Source: Lingula anatina (taxonomy: Eukaryota; Animalia; Brachiopoda). From it: a stretch of DNA of 64,000 bases. The DNA lies in the NCBI GenBank assembly GCA_051362555.1, contig CM120645.1:4278001-4342000 (forward strand), given 5' to 3'. A program made the position numbers and the translations under genes. Under the pieces are notes generated by a model. It was not told the DNA's origin, made no database searches, and was given only the letters and a program-made list of their open reading frames with translations. Positions within the stretch are counted from its first letter, which is position 1; every line of letters begins with the position of its first letter. Below, piece by piece: positions 1 through 11,400 of this stretch.

Positions 1-27
1 TTACGTCCGTTCATTAGCATTTGTTGG

Positions 28-437
28 GCGCCGCCATATTGGATTTTGGAAGGGCGCCGACTAAAAAACAATCACTTCTAAGCGTTTGATCTAATTCAAA
101 TTATCACAAAAGAGAAAGATGATAGAAACGTCTCTCTCCTTTCGTCCATAACTAACAGACTTTGCCTATTTTAAAAGATATCCAAAAAGCTTGGCGGCCT
201 TCAGCAAGAGGCCGCCATATTGGACGAACCTAGCCCCGTCAAATTTTGCACTTACTAGTATTGTAAACATGCAGTTCATCAACGATTCCTTCATTTCCTC
301 CACCAAAGACAATCATTAAATCCTTGATAGAAACCGCCCGATGACCGTGGCGAGGACGAGGACATGGTCCCGTCGTGTTTGTCACCCGCTTCCATTTCAG
401 AATGGGTGCCGCCATGTTGTTTCCTACCCACAATGCT
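28..437. promoter_or_regulatory. HCFC1 proximal regulatory motifs: ZNF143/Staf-like site and YY1-like sites
   Basis: TACCCACAATGC at 425-436, just upstream of the ATG. GCCGCCATATT at about 29-40 and 211-221 in intron 1, and GCCGCCATGTT over the start codon. Motif matches only. Confidence 0.45.
256..415 (-). CDS. HCFC1: Host cell factor 1, first coding exon (start of the Kelch domain); gene continues beyond the left edge of the window
   Basis: Translates [53 protein letters not shown], the recognisable HCF-1 N-terminus. ATG at 415 in AACATGG context; phase-1 donor A|GTAAGT at 255. Confidence 0.95.
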
Positions 438-1428
438 GGGGGTAAACAAGCGCAATACCCGTATGTGTAAACAACAGTTGTGACATTTCAGAAAGATTCT
501 CCCCGTTCTGTCAATCCAAGTTTTTGTATTGTTATTCTTTTGCTTTTATACTTCAATTTATAAATTGATACTATGGCAAAATTAACAGATATTGATTTTT
601 TGTGATCATACCGTGAGCCTCCAACGGCCCCCGGATGGCATAAATTAGGCCACATGACAGCACCTTCCCATTGCCAGCATCAATTTATCGCTGGTGTTCT
701 GAGTTTAGTTAAAACAGTTGAACTAGTAGAATTAAAGTATGCGGTGCACTCTGTACACTGAGGACTTGCAAATGCATTACTGAAAATGTAAATGAAAATC
801 TCTAGGATCGTCAAATATTATTTCAATATTAGTGGTTTAAATTTTTTCAAAACCATTTTATTTAGAGTGCTATATAGGCCCCTATGTACAGCTTCTTGCG
901 CGTGTTCTTCAACGCATCAGAAACAATCTCGGTATTTTTACCAGACATTAAGATAAGATTGCGCCAATTACAGTTGATACGTATGGTGGAAAATGTATCA
1001 TATCATCATATTGATCTGTTTCAAACATAAAATTAAAACATCAACTTATATTTGCCTATACTCTCGGTTTAATCCCTTTAGGCCTATCTATCCATTTGTG
1101 GACGTCTGTGATGAAATGCAGCTACCGGCAGCTCTGCTTGTTATTGATGACCTACATGTATGCATGTTCTGAACTTGGCATGATAAATCATTTATATCCT
1201 ATTACCTAAAAAACGACGCTAAAAATTTATCAAGAATCACGGTCATACAGACACTCATTCTCAATATAGGTCTCTATTGGCCCATTTGAAGAAAACAGAA
1301 AAATGGAAGTTTAAGATATATCCGCCAGTTCTACTTTTCCTAAATCTCTTGTGACAGAATGTGATAAATTAAGCTTCTTGTGTACATCATGGAGAATTTT
1401 AAAATTCATGCCTTGCTATTATGGGCAA

Positions 1429-2274
1429 CAGGGGTGGAGCCAGCTAGGATTATTTGACGGGGGGGTCTGCAGATGCAATCCGACCCTCAGCCCCCCCCCC
1501 CCCCCCCCCCCAACTTGGGTGGGGATTCGGGGCCCGCTGAAGAGCCCCGATTTTTTTTTTTCATTCTAGAGGGCGAACGGTACCATTTGGTGCGGTTTAG
1601 AACTTAGACCTATAAATCAGCTAGTCAAAGAGCGCATTCTCAACGAATTAAGCCAGGCTTTACAAAGCCGGTGACCTAAAAATGGCGGACGTACATGAAA
1701 GAAAAACCGCCTAATCTTTTAATAGTCTCTCCGCCTCTCACACGCCTCCCCACACGTCGTCCCTGCGGGGTACAGTAATTAAATCTCGGCTCCGAACATT
1801 AATATTTCCGTGAATATCTCTGGTGATATTATCTCCGTAGATAGTCGATTCATTGCTGCTCTATGGGCCAAATTATTCCTTTTTCGTCTCTGTTTTCAAA
1901 GATAATAGAACAGAAGAGCTTTTTTCCTTCGATCGCCTTCAGCCGCCGTGCTTTCTTCACCACGAGTTTAACTGATGAGCATGCGCACTTAATATTTCTC
2001 AGGTAGCTTCCGCATGGCGAACGGAGCCGAGATTTAATTACTGTACCCCGCAGGGACGACGTGTGGGGAGGCGGAGAGACTATTAAATGATTAGGCGGTT
2101 TTTCTTTCATGTACGTCCGCCATTTTTAGGTCACCGGCTTTGTAAAGCCTGGCTTAATTCGTTGAGAATGCGCTCAAAAATTCTAATTTCAAGAGGGGAC
2201 CATTGTAGTGATATTTTTCAAATATCGAAGGGGGGGGGGGTTTCAGTACCCCCCTGACACCCACTAAATCACTG
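1429..2274. mobile_element. Non-autonomous DNA element (CAGGGG...CACTG ends) carrying a nested MITE
   Basis: Ends are CAGGGGTGG and CACTG with imperfect 5-bp flanks GGCAA/GGTAA. Its 3' half recurs uninterrupted at about 27863-28011 and 28950-29080. Confidence 0.55.
1630..2175. mobile_element. MITE with about 155-165-bp terminal inverted repeats
   Basis: 1630-1794 (GAGCGCATTCTCAACGAATTAAGCC...CTCGGCTCCG) is a near-perfect reverse complement of 2022-2175. Flanked by AAA on both sides. Confidence 0.85.
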
Positions 2275-4769
2275 GGTAACAAAAATTTTAAAAATAACAA
2301 CCCTTTCGGATAATACATATTTGAAAGTTATTAATACTAAAAAATTCGACTCCTCTAAAGGGGTATATCGAAATGCACGTTTAATTTACTGACCCATTTT
2401 ATCTTCAACCTCAAGTATATTTTTTCACACTGTCTGGTAACGAAGGTTTTGCAAATTACTTTCTGAGAGAATGCAGTTTTGTCGTGTTTCCTGCAAAACA
2501 TATAACTGTGCCCTACCACCATATGGTCTATAGCTAATCCTGGATGTAACTGGATTGAAGATTTTATAAATGATTGAAATATTACAATAAAATAAAATGA
2601 TTACCTGCGCCAGAAGACAATGAAGGTTTTTTAATTGTTTATTTATTTTTCATTTCTTAAAAACCTGGTGACACTGTGAAAATAACCGCAAGCTATTTAT
2701 TGAGTTAAAATAAACTAGACATTTTTTAAGACGTTAAACATCATACACGCTTACTATAAAGTTGCAGATTTTCTACTTTAGTGAAAAAAAATAGATCAAT
2801 TGGAGAAAGTGAGCTGGTGCTGCGAGCGACAGTAACGAAGGTTTCAAAATTAGGCCATTTATGTTTTTATGTTAGAACAGATAGTAATTTTTTAAAATAT
2901 TTTAAGTTACCAGACTGATATTAGTAAAGTTTCACTTGCAATAAAACAAACAATTCTTTCGTTCGCTTACTTTCAGTAAAATTAAAAAAAAAAACGTTAA
3001 ATGAACCTTACTATTGATATATATAATGAATGACAATGAGAGAGAATGTCTTGACATAGTAACGAAAATCCGTAAGTGAAAAAGAGTATGTTAATTTAAG
3101 TACGCCTATGGCTTAAAAAGGTCGAGGTTGGTCATTTGCAGGTGCGACAGGTTATCGAATTTTTTTCCGTTTTCAGCAATATTTCGTACCAAAAATAGCT
3201 CAAAAACCTGAAATGCATTAAAGTATCAAAATAAAGTGAGTTAAAGACATGCGACTTTAACTTTTTATAATTTCTAAACCAGATATCCAAAAAAAAAAAA
3301 AAAAAAAAAAAAAATTTTTTTAAGCATATTTTTGACGAAAAATAGGAATGCCTGCTTTATTCTCCCAGGCGTGTTAATATGTAACATTTTGCATGACAAA
3401 GAATCTACATCACATTCCTTAGAAAATGTTGCTAAAAATTTATCAAGATTCACGATCACAGACACTCATTTTCAACATAGGCCTATAGGCGCATATGAAG
3501 AAAACAGAAAAGTGAAAAGATTTATTTGCGTATTCTACTTTTCTAAAACTCTTGTGACGAAAATTCTTTTTGTGTAAATCATGGGAAACTTTTTAACTCA
3601 TGCCTTGCTAGTATGATGAGTTTTCTTATTCAATAACGAAGATTTAAGCAACGAAAGTTTTAGAAAATAACAAACAAACTTTATAGATAATATTCTCACG
3701 TTATAAATGCTAAAAAAATTAGATTGCCCTTAAGGGGTATTATTAGAAGCATATTTATTTTGCTGATAGGCTACTTTTTGCCCTCAATATCAAGTACATA
3801 TTTTACAATTCTTGGTAACGAACGTTTTGCATATTACTTTTTAAGAGACTGTAATTTTGCCGTTTTACGTGTTAAACATTTAACTGGGCCCTGTCACCAT
3901 ATCGTCCAGCTAATCATGGACGTAACTAGATTAAAGATTTTGCTAATGGCTAAAATATTACAAAAAATAATGACCTTTGTTAAAACGGGTGACGAAGTTT
4001 TTTTTTAACTTAAAAACCCGGCGACACCGCGAAAATAGCCGCGACTTATTTTTTCAGCAATTTACAACAAACTAGAGATTCTCTGAGACATTAAACATAG
4101 GTCCTAGTACACGCTTTCTAAAAAGTTGCAAATTTCAACTTTAGTAAAAAATAAACTGGATCGATTGGAGAATGTGAGATGCTGCCGCTATAGCAACAGT
4201 AACTAACGGAGGTTTAAAATTTAGTCAGTTTACGTTTTTTATGTGAGAACAAATGAATCTCGGAATTTTTTATTTAGTGACTTAAGTTGCAAGACTGAAA
4301 TTAGTAAAGGTCCACTTGGACAAACAATTCTTCCGCTCTCTTACTTTTTATAATTAAAATTTAAAAAATGTTATGTGGACCTATATATTGAGAATGTGTG
4401 CTTAATGTTCAGAGCAACATGAGAATGATAGGCCTAGTCCTTCTCCCATTCCCGCTGTAGGCCTACATGCAAATAATAAATTTGTTTTGTGTGCTTTTTT
4501 GTGTTCAAAAAATAAAATAAAAATGAATTGACGTTCATGAAAAATAGAAGGGGGAGGGGGTCCGCAACCTGCATACCCATCGGCAGAAAGATAGCTTTTA
4601 TTTGACTGTATACAGAAAATTTGGGCCAAAATACGTTCAACGAATTCTGTGAAAACGACATAGATATCATAAGCAAGAGGTGGGCTTTTATAAGACTGCG
4701 GAAGATTTGTCAACTTTTTACTTTTACAGTGGCTCCCCGCTGTTTGATGCGAATGTGCACACAAAATGA

Positions 4770-4901
4770 TGACGTAAAGCGCATGCGGCTCCAGTTTCAA
4801 AGACCTCATTCATTGGGTTGTTGACATTGGATTTGCTGTTTGTATTGCCAATTGTATACTAAAGGCTATGTTATTCTATAGGTGAACTAAATAGCGACAA
4901 C
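4770..4901 (+). promoter_or_regulatory. Putative promoter of the LRRC74-like gene (CRE half-site, NRF-1-like motif, RFX half-site)
   Basis: TGACGT at 4770-4775, GCGCATGCG at 4779-4787 and TAGCGACAAC at 4892-4901, upstream of the ATG at 4980 in a CpG-containing stretch. Confidence 0.4.
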
Positions 4902-4979
4902 AGCTTTTTAGTTAGAGATGGCCGTGGCACGACTGTTGTCTTGAGTTTGCACAACTTCGGCCATGAGTTAGATTTCACG

Positions 4980-5369
4980 ATGTTTAGTGGCAGTCCACCG
5001 CAGCGAGCAAAATCGAGTTATCAGAGAAAGGTAAGCTGGTTGCCACGCGTTTTACACCTTTTCGTTGAGTGAGATTTTATCGTAATCAAATCAACTCGCT
5101 TAAGTAGATTATGTTTCCTCGGTGTTTGTTAACTTGAACGTGCTGTAATTCGAGCGAGAGGCAACAGGTGGTGGTAAACTTTGTACTTACTGAAGTTACT
5201 CGGTCGATTAAATAACTTTCAGAAAGTCCAAAGTTTTGAGTTTTCGAATTGTTACTTGGTTTGTTTTTAAAAATAAGTTTGGGGAAACAGATTCAAACCT
5301 CCCTTCAAGTAGAGTTTAGGAATTTGACCAGTAAAAATAACTTTAAATGACACGGTCCAGTTTGTCAAA

Positions 5370-5411
<42 letters not shown>

Positions 5412-8400
5412 TACCATTTGTAAAGCCATTGCTAATAAATTACTGCTATTCCTTACCAATTTGTAGGTGATAAAAAGACAAGGGAAAGATGATTCCTCAG
5501 TTGATTTAAACCACAACCAACGATGCTCAAGACATAGTCACAGTAGGGATTCTCTTGCAAGCAGCAGTAAAAGTTCACTTTCAGCAGGTGACTGAGGCTT
5601 TTTTATTATGTGTAAAGATAAACTATATAATTTTCTACTTTAACCATTTATGTGCATGTTATTGGCTATATGTTTTTTATTTATCGTAAAAGTAAGCAGT
5701 ATTGTAGACATTAGTACATGATGTTGAAACTTGCTTTTTTCATAAGTTAAAAAAGAATTACTCTAAATGGGGGAAAAACTACTTCAAGTTTTGTTACTGA
5801 TTTAAAAAAAGATTTTGATTAGGCAGTGGTTTTGACTTAATATTTTTTTCAGGCTAAATTTTAAGAGTTAACAACACTTTTAAATATCCCAAAATGAAGT
5901 AAATGTAGCAAAAGCCAACCAGCAATTAAAGAGTGAATTGTGTAAGACTAAAATAAAATGTTTGGAAACAGTAGTTTCTGTTTATAAAACTGTAACTAGG
6001 GTAAACATTACATTTTTCAAAACAAAAGTTGTTGCACTTTGAACAGGAGTGTAGTAGTCTGAAATGATGCTGCACAGAAATGTTTTACAGTTTGTAAATA
6101 TTTTTAAGGGTCTTGTGAAAAACACTAAAGATATGCCCCATTTTTAAATAAACATTTACATTGAAAATAAATTGGCCAATACATGGATTTTTTTTTTTTT
6201 TTTAGCACTCAGATTTTTCAGATATGTTTGTATTTTTTTAAATTCCAACTTTAAATGTGAAAAAAGTATGGATACAATTAGATATATATATATTTTATGA
6301 CCATGATTCATTGTGATGATTTAAAATATTGTATCTGTATTTCATCGTGGTTAAAATTCTTCGTAGGCATAGGCAGTAGCAGTAGTTATGTAGACCAAAG
6401 ATACAATGTTGGGGATCCTCTACCGGATATCCTTATCCGTCCCATCACAGCGACACCTGGTGGATACAAATCCCAGAGAGGACAGCACCAACAACGAGCC
6501 AAAAGCAGCTATGGCAAACTAAGGAGTAGTATTCCCAGGTACTGGTATTAGAGTAATGGCAAAACTGCGCCCAGATTTTTTTTCATAAAAAAATTTGTTC
6601 TGTGCTACATTGGCAGTATGGGTATGATCCTTAAAACGTTTCAACATAATGGACAGGCATGTCATTAAAAAAAAACTTGTCTAGAGAACATTTGTCTTGG
6701 AGTTTGTGATTTATTATCAAAATTAAAAAATTAATTTTTTGTGCCATCTTTACAGTAAAGCAAAGCGCAGGCAGAAGAGCTGCTTCTTCAAGCCTTTTTT
6801 TAATCATAGAAACAACTTTTTGAGTTAAAAAAATTATGATAATTTTCATTACCACAAATTATCAACTTCTTATTCTTTTTTTTTTTCCATCAACCATAGT
6901 GCCAAATCCAAAGGGGAAGCCTCTGCAAGGAGGAAGAGTGCCAGTCCGCAGGCATGGTCAGTCACGGAGCTGAAAGGTAAAGTAGTCGAGTGTATTTTTG
7001 TGTTGAATAAGTGATTTTGTCATTGAACAAATAACATGAGTTTTTATGTCTTTAAGATGAGCTAGATATCAAAATCAAGATAACATTAAAAAAACTTTTT
7101 GGTGTGAGATGGTAAATAATTAGACTAAATGCAGAATGATCGAGGAACCACTGTTTGAAAGTTGGTCTAAAAATGGCAGTAGCATTGGATTGGGAACATG
7201 GCCAATATTGTATTGATGCTCAAGGGAAGTCTATCATACACTGAACAAAATATTTTCTTTTATGATGTGATATTTGCCAATGGTTTGTTTCTTTTTCTTT
7301 CAAGGTACCGGTGCTGATGCTGATGACGAGGAAGAAGAAGATGAAGAGCAAGAAGATGATAATAAACCTAAGACTCAAAGGCCAGAAGATCACGAGCTGT
7401 ATGTCAGGCCACCATCATGGCCTATAGGTAAGTGAGCCGACCCCTCCCTCAGTCCTGATTTCTTGTCTCTGCCATCTCCACTATTAAGTATACTAGATGC
7501 CAGTTATTTACAGTGGCTGATTACCAGGGTTATGTTCACCCACCATTTCATTTCGGCCCTTCGGGTAGAAAATTCAGCCAAATGAATTATTTCACCAAAT
7601 CAAATTAATACCAAGTCAAAGCAGTTTATGTACACATACTTGTGGGTGTCAGTTGAAGTGATCATGTTAAATATGTTGACACAAATTGTATGGCATTCTA
7701 AATTTATGAAAAGTTGAGTAAATGATATTTTTTTATGTTTCCGTAATGGAGGATATTATGTTTCCCCATGATGATTGTACCTTTTGGCAGTGTGTTAATA
7801 AAATGGACTCATATTACCGCTTAGTTCTGAGTTTTTTGCCTTAGATAATATTTAAGGTACAATGCCTAAAATATGATCCATCAATTCTGAAGCTACAAAA
7901 ATGAGCAATCTAAATGTCTGACTCCATGTCAGTCAATATGCAAGTATCATGTTATCTTAAAGAAATATTATTTGACTTAATGTCAACAGAGACCATTCAC
8001 ACTATTTGATATGGAGATTGACACCAGAGCTGTTACCATTGGTTTTGTTGTGGTATTTGAACGGTGCTTTATTAACAGAAGTTGGCTCCATTTTTCGTAG
8101 GCAGGCAGTGGAATTTTATGTAACAGTCTTTCAGGGCCAATATCGAGACTAAGTATAAGTCAATACATTTTGCCGGAGGTGTGAGAGAACCATTAAAGTG
8201 AGTTCCCCTACGTGTTGAGCACATATATGTAGTGCTGTAAATCAATTCACATAACAATAAGTGACACTTTACAATCCAAATAGTGGTTTTATTAATTAAC
8301 TCTCAAGTTAGAGAGGCAACAATCATTTATGTTTTTAAAAGAATGGTGATGAAATCTGTGCACTTAATTTAACTTTGGTCACTTCAATAAAAGATATGAA

Positions 8401-11400
8401 AGTGGAGGTAAATGAAATAAAATAATTAAAGAGGCATTGTGACAATGTCTTTCTCTTTTGAATAATTATACATGTATTCACGTGAACCAAAAAAGAAGTG
8501 AAGCTCCATTATGTTTGGTCTATAAAAAGTACAGTACACATTCAAAATATGATTCCAAAAAACCCTTCTGTGATAAGACACTGAGTAGCAGAGTTTATTA
8601 ATCCGAAGAGTATGTATCTTATCTGAAAATTTTGCCAGACAAATTGATTCACCAGATACAAACAAGGTAATGTAATGCTTTACTGAGATTGAAATTCGGA
8701 ACGACAGGCTGTTCTCCAGGGACCCTCTGTCACACCTGAGTTATGTCATTGAGAAAGACATTTGGATTTGGGATTAAGTCTGTTGATACTTGAGATTGGC
8801 ATGACAGCTTTTGATATTGAGGCACTTGGGGCATGGGGGCAGCATCACTGTCAGTCTACTTAAGATTTTCTTAAGGTAGCATTCATGTCATCCAGTTGAA
8901 GAGCTAGTGGTATCGTATGTGATAAGATGAAATCAGCCAAACTGGGATGTTTATCATAATTGAAAAAGTGAAACTTTCTATATGTCAGATAAAGAAAAGT
9001 CATGAGGATAAATAACATGTGTACCAGTACTGTATGAAATATAAAGTATCATGCAAGGCAAATCTGCTGCTGTAAAGCAAAAGAAAATACTGAGGTCACA
9101 TCAACCTGCAGTAAATGGAAATGTTTTTTATTAAAGCGACAAGAAAAGCTACAAAAGTTTCATTCCCCCTTTTGGCCCTCTGGGGCATAATGTACTCAAG
9201 TAGTTGTTTTGTAGCCAAAGTGCAATCACAAGTGTTTGCAGTACACAGTAGTTTTGTGTGGACAGCACACAAGTGGCCATTGTTAGCGGAGACTGGATAT
9301 AGTGTGGAATTCAATTACTGGGTGTAAATCAGGCACTGTGTCCTATTAACTGTACACAGACCCCAGGCTAGATTGGTTTCATAGAATGCCGTTTATAAGC
9401 TGTTTGTAAAAGATTTGAACAGAAAAATGTTTCAGCTTTAAGATATGTCTCTAAATGGCCAACTTATGTCACTGTTGAGGATTATGGAATCTAAATTGCC
9501 TTTTGGATTTTCCACACCTGAAGTCGGCAGTTTTTAAGGGGGAGGGAGGGGGGCTTCTGAAGAATTGAAACTTTTTTCTTTCTTAGTTGATGCAACTTGA
9601 CAAATGACCTAGAACAAACAGGTAGAGTAGACCTTTTCCAGGTAAAGGATGGCTCATTTGCCCCCTGCCCCCCCCCCCCCCCCCCCCCCCCATGCCTAAT
9701 GGTCACCATTGCACATCAAATATATGTAATATGTGTATTGCAGGTGAATTTATTTGGACATCTCGTGACACGTTTCAGACCTAAATCAGTTTTAGTTTAA
9801 TGCCAGTGGGAACACATCATGGGTTGAGTTTGAAACATATATTGTAATGGGGACAATTTGGGTATTGATAACAAAAGACTCCTTATAAAACTTGAGCCAA
9901 GGCCCAAAGAGGACCTCTGAAAAAAAAAGGCAGCATGTTTTTCATCAAGTTGGGGAAGGAGATGCAGAAGTTTTTAGTTGTTTCTAAATTTTAGGAGGGA
10001 TTTGTCCTCTCTCTCTTTTTTTTTCTTGGTCCTAAAATGAAGCAAAATATGTAAATGGCCAGTAAAATACAAAAGAAAAACCATTTGGTGTCAAAGTAAA
10101 GCGTACTACCTTTTAAATCAAAAACATTTTCTGCCATTAATTCAAAAGATAGATCAAAAATGCAAGATCATGCACTGAAAGTTAATGAATGACAAAGAAA
10201 GATCTTGAAGACAAATTTGGAGACAGAAAATGTCAAGTTGACATTAGGTATTAAGGAAAAAGGTATGAAACATGCAATTATAATGGAGCATTCTGTACCA
10301 ATAGTTTACCATCTCTACCTTAAAGACTATTTCATTGACTTCTTTTGATTTTATTCATTTGTTTGGAATATTTTAATGCATGTATATAAAATAAAATTGT
10401 AAACAGCAGTTTTGCAATATCCCCATATATTTCACTGCTAGCTGTCTAGGGACAGAGGGTATTTTACTGCCTTTGGCCTAATACGTAAGGTAAAGGCAGT
10501 GGCAAAGCAGATTAAGGGCTTCTGACGATACTTCAACCTGAGTAAACAGATGTGTGACAGAAGTATGAAAGGAGATAGGCATGGAGCACTTGCGACATAT
10601 GTGTGCTTACGTGTGTTCAAACATGAAGATCTGAAAAAGCATCAGTCCAAACGCCTGAATTAGCACCTTTCTGCTTTAATTAATGTCCAGTGCACTGCAC
10701 AGAAGAGCTTATTGGTTGTTGATTGGTTTAACTGTAGATATCAGTCTGCATAGACGCACTTCTAGATTTTCTAGATTCCTGAAAAGTAAGATAAATGGTC
10801 TTGGAAAGACATTAAAACCAAAACCAGTTCGGATCTAACTTTGTGTGAACACACCTTTCAAAATTTACCCAAAAGGCAGTATTAAGGGGTATATCACTAG
10901 CGACAACGTTGTGTTGGAACAGTAGTGTTAAGTCAGTGAGAAAAGATGTGGAGGCCTAGCCTATCTGGTCCAACTTTATCAGATGGAAGAAAGAACCATA
11001 GGAAAAGTACAGGGAGACCAAAAACTAAGAGGAAGAGAAGGCCAAAATCTGTTGGTAGGATAGTTTTTGCCCTTTTTTCTAAAGATGAAAAGTAGTCAAT
11101 ATAATAGTAATATTGTTTTGGTTCTCATTTTGAAAATTTTTTCTGTTCTGATTTGACCAAAATTTTTTTAAAGCAGTGTGAATGGTTTGTGTTGACAGTT
11201 ATTAAAATTCATAATGATGATACCTAGTCTGCATGTTATGATAAGAACACCTGTCCATAATACCATTATAATCTCTGAGCTTGAAAAAAAATTTTTTTTT
11301 TTTTAGAAATTCTGCTTATTTTGAATAAGGGATAAAAAAATATGCTTATTATTGTATAAAATGTTTACAAAAAGTGGAAATTCAAAAAGGAGTGAGGTTA

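Larger units (their letters stand above)
1170..4390 (+). repeat. Diverged direct duplication (about 1170-1425 plus 2355-3020 versus about 3390-4390)
   Basis: Colinear shared blocks include GCTAAAAATTTATCAAGA, CAGACACTCATT, TGGTAACGAA, TAATCNTGGANGTAACT and ATTAGTAAAG. A reverse-complement fragment also lies at about 31320-31430. Confidence 0.7.
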
